DNA of 64,000 nucleotides from Bacteroidales bacterium (GCA_016936975.1 JAFGWU010000014.1:23529-87528); one strand, 5' to 3'; counted from the stretch's first letter, positions 38,701 to 47,245 are shown. Notes: a model not told the origin generated them from the letters alone. Program-made: numbers and translations.

Positions 38701-38806
38701 CGGTTTCTGTGCATTGATAAACAGAAATCTGTCACGTGAGGAATGGAATATGTATATCGGAGATGATATTCCTTACGAAAAAACCTGTCCGGAAAAAGAG
38801 CCATAA
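35783..38806 (+). CDS. STAND-class NTPase (nSTAND-like) - single TM - E/Q/R-rich coiled coil - 7-bladed WD40 propeller
   Basis: N-terminus NPFPGLRPFTLEEANLFFGREKQV. Walker A GVPGIGKTS and Walker B LLIIDKLEE. TM segment MPLIITGVAGIMAVTATGLFFG preceded by KRKLR. Low-complexity EQR segment. Seven WD-like blades (for example HGGKVQMLAFYDSGRRLVSAGADNTIMKWNL and VTDLAYSNNGKFLAAASHDGNVYLWE). Confidence 0.85.
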   Translation: MTPKNPFPGLRPFTLEEANLFFGREKQVRAVLKLLNSNGIVFVTGVPGIGKTSLVQCGVAQEFLKTAGESARIISFCPGVDPIRSLVDAFMKNFPGKIGAMEDVVLLNGDVTLESWLKEHDLMHFNFLLIIDKLEEIFRDATLHDTKTGDNRVKRFVDLISGAVHVPEHKIRVAITIRSERIGECSACSELTGLLNRSHYMLPVMTRDNYREVIEGPLKQAGVSIDGNLLTQLLDETGEFVNRLPMLQHAMMRTFDHWKVQNKPSKPLSVINYESTGTLLKAVSQHADEAFSELGEKQKEICQIFFKTITEKNGVAEGISRPATIGKIAGIAQCATEEVIGVVNHFRSEGRIFLTPCHPQKLLPASTVDLSHELLMQYWDKLRLWVEEEASSVAMYRKLVKASALYQAGRIGLLRPPDLDLALRWKEEQKPRLEWAAQYNPAFERSMLYLNLSQEEYLKEQNKAVRLQKRKLRMPLIITGVAGIMAVTATGLFFGTREGSRQVEVASNVGAPSLETPEPVGFEAEVFPEDTLLSTATTLENREPEQREEEPDSRQESTLRENIEQERREVRIARTTSQEARRQQQVAAQNEQAAVEQMEQAETERQREYRNRLISKAKSIAVRSLQLSDDPDLQALLAVQAYRFNSENGGYRYDADIYRGLYNALKSKISDGYNVYSGHNYSVRSLAWYKRRNGFLSADSQGKILFMSGDFRNNRSNSLIANTGHVNEAVAISPDETLFACGTDGGGLYVFQMSDPSENYSFREAHGGKVQMLAFYDSGRRLVSAGADNTIMKWNLNSRTGELFAQLESRPTSMAVSNALTHLVVGTRDGKLVEYLFENPGDGRILYHNSGNPVMAVTYSPNDNQVVIGTLDGSVRIINRSNISSVITVKGPEARVTDLAYSNNGKFLAAASHDGNVYLWETSDWNEQPVVVGDNQGFVLTLCFSDDSRHFYSGSTKAPLLIGRPVESSLMVNGFCALINRNLSREEWNMYIGDDIPYEKTCPEKEP

Positions 38807-38820
38807 GTACCAAAAATTAA

Positions 38821-39861
38821 ATGATGAGGACCGGCCTGGTCATACTATTTTTTGTCATCGTTTATCCTTTCAACAATCTGATCGGGCAGGAAGAGTGTGA
38901 ACGCCTGTTAAGGATCGCCCGCGAACGATATGAAGCAGGTCGTGTTGAAGATGTTCCGGAACTTCTGAAAGATTGTCTCGCCTCCGGGTTAACCAGGGAA
39001 GACCAGATGGAGGCCTATAAGCTTATTATCAATTCCTATCTGTTTGATGGATTTTCCGAAAGAGCAGATTCGGTGATGTTATCCTTCCTGAATCGCTTCC
39101 CGGATTATAAACCTGCCGATGCTGATCCTGCAGAATTTCAGCAGCTGTTGGGTTCTTACCGGACCACTCCTGTTCTGTCGGTCGGTTGGTTATTTGGTGG
39201 AAACTTCTCCGTTCCCCAGCTCATCGAGGCTTACAGCACAGCTTCACCCCTGACGGACGACGGTACATTTAAATTTCCTGTTGCAGGCTTTCAGACAGCT
39301 CCTTTCTGCAATATCAGGATTGGAGAAAAGGCTGAAATGGGCTTTGAGTTGCGGTTCATGCAGAACCGTTTTAAGTATCGGACCCGGCCTTATACTTTTC
39401 TGGAGAATGAATACGTTGAACGACAAAACCGGCTGATAGTCCCGGTATCGTTTATTTACCGGATAGGCCCCGAGCAGAAAGCAGAACCTTATATCATCGC
39501 CGGAGCTGCCGCCGATTATCTTTTATCTGCCGCAGCCCATGCTTCGCGTTCCTACACAGAAACGGGGGATATGGTTTTTTCGGATGTGCTGCTCCCCCTT
39601 ACCGGGGTCACCGGGATGAGAAAAAGGTATAATGGATGGTTGTTCGCAGGAGGAGGCATCCGTCTGAACCTTCAACGTTCTTTCTGGTTTGCTGATCTTC
39701 GTTTCTGGGTTGGCTTGTCTTCAGCCAATAAGGGGGATGAACGTTATATCATACCCGATTTAAACTGGTTAATCTACTATGTGGATAACGATTTCAGAAT
39801 GAATTGTGTTACCTTTTCAATAGGCTACGCCCGGAATTTTTACAATCCCAAAAAGAGGTAA
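38821..39861 (+). CDS. Secreted protein with an N-terminal TPR-like hairpin plus a predicted outer-membrane beta-barrel
   Basis: Signal peptide, a helical segment (ERLLRIARERYEAGRVEDVPELLKDCL), then an alternating beta-strand-like region (VGWLFGGNFSV...) ending in aromatic-rich strands. It starts 14 nt after the STAND gene. Confidence 0.6.
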   Translation: MMRTGLVILFFVIVYPFNNLIGQEECERLLRIARERYEAGRVEDVPELLKDCLASGLTREDQMEAYKLIINSYLFDGFSERADSVMLSFLNRFPDYKPADADPAEFQQLLGSYRTTPVLSVGWLFGGNFSVPQLIEAYSTASPLTDDGTFKFPVAGFQTAPFCNIRIGEKAEMGFELRFMQNRFKYRTRPYTFLENEYVERQNRLIVPVSFIYRIGPEQKAEPYIIAGAAADYLLSAAAHASRSYTETGDMVFSDVLLPLTGVTGMRKRYNGWLFAGGGIRLNLQRSFWFADLRFWVGLSSANKGDERYIIPDLNWLIYYVDNDFRMNCVTFSIGYARNFYNPKKR

Positions 39862-39866
39862 ACGTG

Positions 39867-41057
39867 ATGAGGAATTCCGTCGGGATATATATGGCTGCGA
39901 TGTTCTTCCTGTTCTCCTGTGAAGTTGGGATCTCGGAAGAACAATCGGATACATTCATCAAGTTCTACGGGAATTACCTTCTTGATTCAGGTTCCGATGT
40001 AGTCAAAACTGATGAGGGGGGGTATGCGGTTGCAGGCACGACCTCTATTCCCGATTCTGTCACGGCAATGGTATTGATGAAAACCGATGAATACGGCAAC
40101 CTTCTGAGAAGATTTCCAAGGTATTATACTGACGGAAGGGATTGCGGGACCAGATACCTGCTGAAACTGGATGACGGGTTTCTTTTATGCGGCTACGTAA
40201 TGGCCGACGGGATCGGCGGCAGATTTCAGGAAGATATTTGCCTTATCAGGACCACCATTGATGGTTCCGTTGTCTGGCGCAAAACTTTTGGTGGCAACGG
40301 AGACGAAAATGTCAATCATGTCGTGGAAGGAAATTCGGACGGGTTTGTCATTGCAGGCTACAGGGAGCTGGACAATGAAAAAGACTACTGGATATTTTCC
40401 ATCAGCGGGGATGGGGATTTTATAAGGGAGGTGCCGCCGCAGCCAATCCCGGATAACAGCGATGATATGGCCAATTGCCTGGTGAATGTTCAGGGTATGG
40501 GATATCTCTGTGCCTGCACTTATAATGATGATACCCATAAAGGGACCAACGTTCTGATGCTTGCAATCAACAATGATTTAAATACACCCTATAACATTTC
40601 CCTGGGAACGGATGGCAATGATTATGGAAAGGCCCTTATTAAAGGTGAAACGAATACCTATTATGTTCTGGGAAATACCCGGAATGAATCATCGGGGAAG
40701 ATGGAAATATTTGTTTACAGCCTGGAGATGGACGGATTAAGATTTATAAATTTTTCTGAGTTTGCAACGATCCGGTCGGATTCAGAGGACTTAACAGGAG
40801 AAAGGTTCGTTATGACAGCCCCTGGTAGTTTTGCCATCATCGGGTCGTCCGGCTATGACAATAATTATGATATTCTATTGCAATTTGTTGAACAGGGGAT
40901 ACCATCCGGACGATTCTATTTCGGGGAAACCGGTAACCAGACCGGTGCTGGCATTCTCGTTTCAGATGATGGGGGCCTGGTTTTTGTAGGAACAAATACC
41001 TATGAGGGAAATAGCATGATTTCGCTTGTGAAAACCAACATTAATGGTGAACTTTAG
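39867..41057 (+). CDS. Lipoprotein with repeated beta-propeller-like modules
   Basis: Start MRNSVGIY at 39867 and lipobox FLFSC. A recurring motif occurs about every 45-55 aa (GGYAVAGTT, DGFLLCGYV, DGFVIAGYR, YYVLGNTRN, FAIIGSSG, GLVFVGTN). Confidence 0.65.
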   Translation: MRNSVGIYMAAMFFLFSCEVGISEEQSDTFIKFYGNYLLDSGSDVVKTDEGGYAVAGTTSIPDSVTAMVLMKTDEYGNLLRRFPRYYTDGRDCGTRYLLKLDDGFLLCGYVMADGIGGRFQEDICLIRTTIDGSVVWRKTFGGNGDENVNHVVEGNSDGFVIAGYRELDNEKDYWIFSISGDGDFIREVPPQPIPDNSDDMANCLVNVQGMGYLCACTYNDDTHKGTNVLMLAINNDLNTPYNISLGTDGNDYGKALIKGETNTYYVLGNTRNESSGKMEIFVYSLEMDGLRFINFSEFATIRSDSEDLTGERFVMTAPGSFAIIGSSGYDNNYDILLQFVEQGIPSGRFYFGETGNQTGAGILVSDDGGLVFVGTNTYEGNSMISLVKTNINGEL

Positions 41058-41082
41058 TAACGATGTCCGGAACCTGTTTGAA

Positions 41083-44000
41083 ATGAAGAGGAAAACACTA
41101 ATCCTGCTCCTTACGCTTCTTATATGCAGTTCACCATTCCTGAACGGGCAGACAGAACCCTATGCGATCCTGTCCAGGGGTTCACTGGGCGACCTGACGG
41201 AAAGAAACCTTGACGGGAGTCTGTTTTATGTGAAACTGCACGGGGAGCAGTTCTCAGACGCTACACTGTTCGCCGGGAATTTCAGCCTCACAACCTCAAT
41301 TCAAAATCTTTCGGTGAGCGAAGTTTTTTACAGGGGAGCCGATACCTGTATCTGCAGGTTGGTATATCCTGAAGGGGCTGATTTTGACGAGATTCAATCC
41401 ATTTCATTAACCATCGATGCATCCGAACTGGTGGGAAGCCAGGATGTGTCGAGTGCGAATACCCTCCCGGTGACTCCGCTGATTGAACCGGTCATAACAA
41501 ATGTTACGATTGCTGACCATCCTTATAAAATCGGGGATCAGGTCTATTGCACCATCACTGTTGAGACTGATTCAGAAGAGGATTATACCTATGACGGGGG
41601 AACCGTCGCCGGTCGTTCCCTTCAGGGATTCACCCGTACCGGGACTGTAGTCTATCAGGCCTATGTTACTGTCGAAGAGGGAGGACCGGCTTATGCCGCA
41701 GGGGAGGATATTCCTGTCAGTAACCTGCGGCTTTTCAATCCCGACGGATTTGTCTATGGTGAATTTTATAATGCCTTGATCTCTCAGCCAAACGATGTGA
41801 TCGATTCGGACCGGCCGGTTGTAAATTCCGCCGTTGTTAACGGGGGGACCTATCGTGTTGGACAGACTCTTTCCCTGGCAGTGACTGCCGACCAGTCAGA
41901 TTATGTTTTTGATCCCGTGCTGACCACCACCAATGGGATCCCTTTGACCGAATCCCGGGTATATGAAGGAATCGTCTCCGGTAATCAATATTACCTGAAT
42001 TATACAGTGGCAGAAGGAGATGATGATCTTCTGTCCGGACCGTTGCCGGTTGAAATCGTTATGATTGACCCGGTCGGAAATGCAAACATCAATCCCTTTA
42101 CTGCTGTTTCCGGTATCAATCCATTAATTGATGCCAACAGTCCACAATTGCTTTCTGCTGAAATTGTTGATCCGGATGTATGCATTATCGGGGACACCGT
42201 TCAAATGCTGCTTGATTTTAGTGAAGGCGGAATCTCGGCAAGGTCAGGAACACATGTAAACCAGATCCCCCTTGGAACACAGGTGAAATTTCAACCGGTT
42301 TCGGGCACACGGTACAGTTTAATTTATATAGTTTATGAAGGGGATCAGCAGGTTAATCCCGGTGAGCTCACTTATAATGTGGTTGTACAGGATCCTTTGG
42401 GCAATGAGTCATCTTCCGCCATCACTCCGTTAAACAATACGGTTTCGGTTTATGCAACCAGGCCTACGGCTGTGATTTCAGGCGAAGGAGAAATTTGCAG
42501 GGGTAGTTCCCATAAAATATCCGCAACATTTACCGGCGACGGGCCATGGGATGTAACTATTGAGGGAGACCAGGGATTCAACCAGTCCTTTTTCAATATT
42601 ACAAGCCCTTTCACGCTCTTTGTCAAGCCAACGGTTACAGAAACGTATGCCGTTACGGGTCTGTTTGATAAACATGGTAATTCCGGAACCGGCTATGGGT
42701 CCGTAGTGGTTAAGGTAAACCTGCCAACGCCGGTAACCATTCTCAATACACAGCTGGTCTATCTGAGGGATGCCGAGCCGGTTCAACTGCTTGGAGATCC
42801 TGAAGGAGGTGTTTTCTCAGGCGAAGGGGTTGAATCTTCAACAGGGATTTTTTATCCCGGGCTCGTGGATACATCAACCAATCAAACCACCATTATGTAT
42901 TTATATGTGAATGAATACGGTTGTTCAAGCAGTGCCACAAAGCAATTCACAGTGATTGATCAGGGTTATGCAATCTCCGGGTTGCCAGGTGTGGTGTGTG
43001 AGAATGATGATCCCTTTGAGGTTTCTGCTTTTAATGAATCGGGAAATCCGGGGATTTTCCGTTTACTGAAGGATGGAACGGATGTGTCATCTTCCGGATT
43101 AGCCGATCCGGATCCTGGGGATGATACGGTGATCATTATCCCGGGAGCCCTGGAAAGGGGATTTTATGATCTCGAGTACAGTTTTGAGTTCAATGAAGAA
43201 CGATACAGTTATCTTACACCCTTCTTTCTCGACCGGGTAGCGCATTTTGCGGTACTGAGTCCTGATTCAGTCTGTGCCAATGCCGGGCCAATCGAATTAA
43301 TTGTTACTCCAAACAGCGATTTCAATACGATTAACACGCATGTTTATACCGGTCAAGGTGTCAGCGGGAATCTGTCAACCGGTTATTTTTTCGATCCGGA
43401 GGAGGCGGATTCAGGAACCAATATGATCAATTACCAAATTACCTCCTCGGAAGGATGTGTAAAAGATACCAGCTTCATGATTGTAAAGCTGGATGTGCCT
43501 TTGCCTGATTTTGATGTAAGCACGGTTTGCATCCCTTCGGAGGGAGGGGAGGTATCCATGATAAACCTGACAAATAAACAGGAGCTGGTGAAGGAGTGGC
43601 TCTGGAATTTCGGAGATATCAACAGCGGTACACAAAATACCAGCACTCTGTTTGAACCGGTCCATCGTTATACTGCATCCGGAAACCGGACCATTCAGCT
43701 CAGGATCGGCACCACGGAAGGATGTATGGCCATCCTTCAGAAAACCATTGAATTTGCAGACAAACCCGTATCTGATTTCACATGGGTATCTGATTGTTAC
43801 AGTGAAACCCGGGGGATTGAGTTTGTAAATAAGTCCTCCAGTGACTCCCCCTGGTTACGTCACATCTGGACGATTTTTGAAAACTCGGGGAAGCCGGTCA
43901 ATACGATAACCCTGTCGGGTCCCACAAATATGGTTTATCAGTTTAGTAAAGTGGATGATTATCGGGTCCGCCTGGTTTGCGAAAATGTAAAGGGATGTAC

Positions 44001-45585
44001 AGACACCCTTGAGCGTTTGGTGGCTTTGAAACCCACCTTGATCTTAAATACCGATAATAGTTATTATGAAACGTTTGATCAATCGAATGGCCGTTGGGAT
44101 AGCCGGGCAGACAGCCTGAGCATATCCAGCTGGACCTACGGAGAACCCGATTTCGACGGTTTTGAATCGATGCCCGGCAATTTTGCATGGTTCACGGATC
44201 TTCCTGAGATTAAAACCGCTGAATCATCATGGGTTCAGAGTCCCTGCTTTGATATGACCGGCATGGAAAAACCGTTAATAAGACTCGACATTATGAAGAG
44301 TTTTAATGCCCGTTATGACGGAGCTGTTCTTCAATATACGCTGGATAATGGAAAAACGTGGCAGAACGTTGGAAGTGTGGATGACGGTATACAATGGTAT
44401 AATGCATCGGATATCATCAGCGCTCCCGGAGGCAGCAGCACCGGGTGGAGCGGAACAACTACGTTTAATCCTGATACCCGCTGGATTCAAGGTTCCCATG
44501 ATCTTAACGATCTCATAAACAGAAAAAATGCCGTATTCAGAATTGCCTATGCTTCGGATGGCAGCCCGGGGGAAGATAATCATGGCTTTGCCTTTGATAA
44601 TTTCTTTATCGGTGAGAGGACCCGTATGACGGTACTTGAATATTTTACCAACAGCAGCAGTTCTGCCTCACTGAGTGCAGACCGGATAGCCGATCAATTC
44701 ATTACCGGTATTGACAGTCTGGATGTGATCACGCTCCAGTATCACACAGCTTATCCGGGAGAGGACCCGATGAACCTGAACAATCCTTACCCGGCATCAG
44801 GCAGATCATTCTATTATGGAATTACCGAGGTGCCCTTTGCTGTTCTGAACGGGGGTACAAGGCAGGATCTTCAGTTTGATTTTGAGGCGGAAATTCCCCA
44901 ATCGATGGATGTAAGAATGATCGCCCTTGAATTACCAAAATTTGATATTCAAATCGAGGTGACCTTGAATGATGGAAACATGGATATGAATATCCGGTTA
45001 ACGGCACTGGATGATTATCCGGAGGATGAACTTTTACTGCATACCGTTATTGCAGAGCGCCTGGTAACTGGGTATAAGGGAAATAACGGGGATGATGAAT
45101 TCAGGAATGTGGTTCTTGAGATGCTGCCTGATCCTGCCGGTAAACTGATTCAAAAAGAGTGGTACCAGGGAGAATCATATATCCAGCCTTATTCATGGAC
45201 TATGGAACATTATGAGGATCAGGAAGAACTTATCGTGATCTCCTTTCTTCAGGAACGTCAGACCGGGGAGATCCTTCAGGCAGCAAAATGGGATGTTTTT
45301 TCAGCCACCGGAGTCACTACCCGGGACTGGAACGTGCGTGAACTCAGTATTTTCCCAAATCCGGTTTCCGATATATTGTTTGTTCTGACAGGTGAAAGGA
45401 ATAGTCAGGACCCGCTTCTGACCATTCTTGATCTGACCGGACGAAGGATAATGATCAGTCAGCCGGGACCCGGTAACAGCCCGGTTGAACTGCCGGTCAA
45501 CAATCTGCAAAAAGGGATTTATTTATTGAATTATTCTGAAAACGGATTGCTGAAGGGCCGGTGCAAATTCATCAAGATTGAGTGA
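41083..45585 (+). CDS. Giant (~1,500 aa) T9SS-secreted adhesin-like protein with Ig-like repeats, a PKD-like domain and a jelly-roll (MAM/LamG-like) domain
   Basis: Signal peptide MKRKTLILLLTLLICSSPFLNGQ. Repeated Ig-like modules end in YxxxYxVxEGD...DPxGN. PKD-like WNFGD...HRYTASGNRTIQL. The C-terminal LSIFPNPVSDILFV...GIYLLNYSENGLLKGRCKFIKIE matches the T9SS CTD pattern. Confidence 0.85.
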   Translation: MKRKTLILLLTLLICSSPFLNGQTEPYAILSRGSLGDLTERNLDGSLFYVKLHGEQFSDATLFAGNFSLTTSIQNLSVSEVFYRGADTCICRLVYPEGADFDEIQSISLTIDASELVGSQDVSSANTLPVTPLIEPVITNVTIADHPYKIGDQVYCTITVETDSEEDYTYDGGTVAGRSLQGFTRTGTVVYQAYVTVEEGGPAYAAGEDIPVSNLRLFNPDGFVYGEFYNALISQPNDVIDSDRPVVNSAVVNGGTYRVGQTLSLAVTADQSDYVFDPVLTTTNGIPLTESRVYEGIVSGNQYYLNYTVAEGDDDLLSGPLPVEIVMIDPVGNANINPFTAVSGINPLIDANSPQLLSAEIVDPDVCIIGDTVQMLLDFSEGGISARSGTHVNQIPLGTQVKFQPVSGTRYSLIYIVYEGDQQVNPGELTYNVVVQDPLGNESSSAITPLNNTVSVYATRPTAVISGEGEICRGSSHKISATFTGDGPWDVTIEGDQGFNQSFFNITSPFTLFVKPTVTETYAVTGLFDKHGNSGTGYGSVVVKVNLPTPVTILNTQLVYLRDAEPVQLLGDPEGGVFSGEGVESSTGIFYPGLVDTSTNQTTIMYLYVNEYGCSSSATKQFTVIDQGYAISGLPGVVCENDDPFEVSAFNESGNPGIFRLLKDGTDVSSSGLADPDPGDDTVIIIPGALERGFYDLEYSFEFNEERYSYLTPFFLDRVAHFAVLSPDSVCANAGPIELIVTPNSDFNTINTHVYTGQGVSGNLSTGYFFDPEEADSGTNMINYQITSSEGCVKDTSFMIVKLDVPLPDFDVSTVCIPSEGGEVSMINLTNKQELVKEWLWNFGDINSGTQNTSTLFEPVHRYTASGNRTIQLRIGTTEGCMAILQKTIEFADKPVSDFTWVSDCYSETRGIEFVNKSSSDSPWLRHIWTIFENSGKPVNTITLSGPTNMVYQFSKVDDYRVRLVCENVKGCTDTLERLVALKPTLILNTDNSYYETFDQSNGRWDSRADSLSISSWTYGEPDFDGFESMPGNFAWFTDLPEIKTAESSWVQSPCFDMTGMEKPLIRLDIMKSFNARYDGAVLQYTLDNGKTWQNVGSVDDGIQWYNASDIISAPGGSSTGWSGTTTFNPDTRWIQGSHDLNDLINRKNAVFRIAYASDGSPGEDNHGFAFDNFFIGERTRMTVLEYFTNSSSSASLSADRIADQFITGIDSLDVITLQYHTAYPGEDPMNLNNPYPASGRSFYYGITEVPFAVLNGGTRQDLQFDFEAEIPQSMDVRMIALELPKFDIQIEVTLNDGNMDMNIRLTALDDYPEDELLLHTVIAERLVTGYKGNNGDDEFRNVVLEMLPDPAGKLIQKEWYQGESYIQPYSWTMEHYEDQEELIVISFLQERQTGEILQAAKWDVFSATGVTTRDWNVRELSIFPNPVSDILFVLTGERNSQDPLLTILDLTGRRIMISQPGPGNSPVELPVNNLQKGIYLLNYSENGLLKGRCKFIKIE

Positions 45586-46786
45586 GCAGGAACGCTCCGA
45601 ATCGCTTTCCGAAATCCACCAATTGCATGGCTTTCTCCCCGCCGGGATAAAATTTGGACGGGAGACCCTCCATAACCACATTGAACTTCAGGTTTTTCAG
45701 ATGATCCTCAATGAGCTTGACCGCTTCACCACTCCAGCCATAGGAGCCAAAAACGGCGGCCGGTTTTCCCTTGTCCCTGATGGGAGACATAATGGAAAAT
45801 AACCTGTATACCGGAAGAAGGGTGTTCTGGTTGATCGTTGGGGATCCTATCAGAATAGAATCTGCCCTGACCATTTTTTCCTCCAGGTCACCCAGATGGA
45901 TATGTTCAATGTCCACCATATCGATATCGAAACTGCCGGTCTGTTCCAATCCTTCTGCAATCCTTGCCGCCATTTCGCCGGTATAACCATATGCTGAGAT
46001 ATAGGCAATCAGTACCCTGTTCCTCTGCCCCGATTCCTGCAGGTAGTCCGTGGCATACTGCCTGGAGAGATCTACCTTTTCTTTCCAGGTGGACCGCAAA
46101 ATTGGTCCGTGGCCGGGACAGATCATCCTGATGGAGAGAGGAAGGATTTTTTCTATCGCCTTCAGCATGAATTTACTGTATGGTTTCAGGATGACATCAA
46201 AATAATATTTGAATGCTTCCCTGTAGTCTTTTTCTTCTATCAGGTCGTCGAACATCGCCTCTTGAGCGTAATGTGCACCAAAGGAGTCGCAGGTGAACAA
46301 TATCCGGTCTTCTTCCAGATAAGAGTAGATTGTATCGGGCCAGTGCAGGTTCGGTGCTCCGATGATCCTGAGTTTTTTATTGCCGAGATCCACAATGTCG
46401 CCATCCTTCACCTTCAGGGATTTGAATGGGCCTTCAATCATTTCCGAAAGGTAGTTGAGTGCCTGCCCGCTCCCGATGACCGTGGCATCCGGCGCCAGCT
46501 TTAAAAGCTGCCCGATACACCCGGAGTGATCAGGTTCTGTGTGATTGCATAGGATGAATTCGACCTCTTCCGGTCTGACCACCTTACGGAGTTTGGCTTC
46601 ATACTCCGGCCAGAAATATTTTTTTACAGTTTCAACAACGGCCTTCCTGTCGGCATTAATGAAATAAGAATTGTAGGTGGTGCCGAATTGAGTCTCCATT
46701 ACAATATCGAAGGTGACAATGTCATGATCCAGTACCCCGATCCAATGTACGTCGTCGCTTACCTGCAAAATATCCAGCTTGTTCAT
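45572..46786 (-). CDS. fprA: Flavodiiron protein (FprA-type: metallo-beta-lactamase fold plus flavodoxin)
   Basis: HTEPDHSG di-iron motif and a C-terminal flavodoxin-like domain. The likely start is MNKLDILQ at 46786. There is a 14-bp convergent overlap with the adhesin gene. Confidence 0.88.
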   Translation of the reverse strand: MNKLDILQVSDDVHWIGVLDHDIVTFDIVMETQFGTTYNSYFINADRKAVVETVKKYFWPEYEAKLRKVVRPEEVEFILCNHTEPDHSGCIGQLLKLAPDATVIGSGQALNYLSEMIEGPFKSLKVKDGDIVDLGNKKLRIIGAPNLHWPDTIYSYLEEDRILFTCDSFGAHYAQEAMFDDLIEEKDYREAFKYYFDVILKPYSKFMLKAIEKILPLSIRMICPGHGPILRSTWKEKVDLSRQYATDYLQESGQRNRVLIAYISAYGYTGEMAARIAEGLEQTGSFDIDMVDIEHIHLGDLEEKMVRADSILIGSPTINQNTLLPVYRLFSIMSPIRDKGKPAAVFGSYGWSGEAVKLIEDHLKNLKFNVVMEGLPSKFYPGGEKAMQLVDFGKRFGAFLLTQS

Positions 46787-46906
46787 GATCTGTTCTAAAT
46801 TTGCCGGGATAAAGATAGGAAGTTTATCAACATGAATAAAAAAGCTGCCCCTCATGACGGAGCAGCTTTCATAAAAGCACAATCTGAACTGAACGAACTT
46901 TAACTT

Positions 46907-47146
46907 CTATTTTTTCTCATCGCACTCCTTGATGCAGGATTTCTTTTCACTGCAATCTTCAGCACATGTTTTCTTCTCAGCTTTTGTACAATCTTTTTCA
47001 GTCCTTGCTTCAGATTTTTCAGGCTCTTTTTTATCCTTTTTTTCAGGATCTGTCATGACCACGGAATCCTTTGCTGAACTGATTGTCCCTGCTATTGCCA
47101 CTGAACTGATTCCTCCCAGGAACACAGCAAGTGCTAAAATGACCAT
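46907..47146 (-). CDS. Small secreted Lys/Glu/Cys-rich protein
   Basis: 79 aa with a hydrophobic N-terminus (VILALAVFLGGISSVAIAG), then a KE-rich tail with 5 Cys (DCTKAEKKTCAEDCSEKKSCIKECDEKK). No family recognised. Confidence 0.45.
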   Translation of the reverse strand: MVILALAVFLGGISSVAIAGTISSAKDSVVMTDPEKKDKKEPEKSEARTEKDCTKAEKKTCAEDCSEKKSCIKECDEKK

Positions 47147-47245
47147 TGATTTCTTTATGACTATTAAGTTAAAAATGATGATTGTCTAATATTTATCGGG
47201 GCCAATATATTAAACAGATTGAAGCCGGACTGTTAACGGGATGTT

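Noticed and set aside
35783-38806. Calling the STAND NTPase an Avs/AVAST-type antiphage defence gene
   Set aside because: There is no fused or adjacent nuclease, protease, TIR or Sir2 effector. The sensor repeats are predicted periplasmic, and the neighbours are envelope or secreted proteins. A defence role cannot be excluded, but the sequence does not support it.
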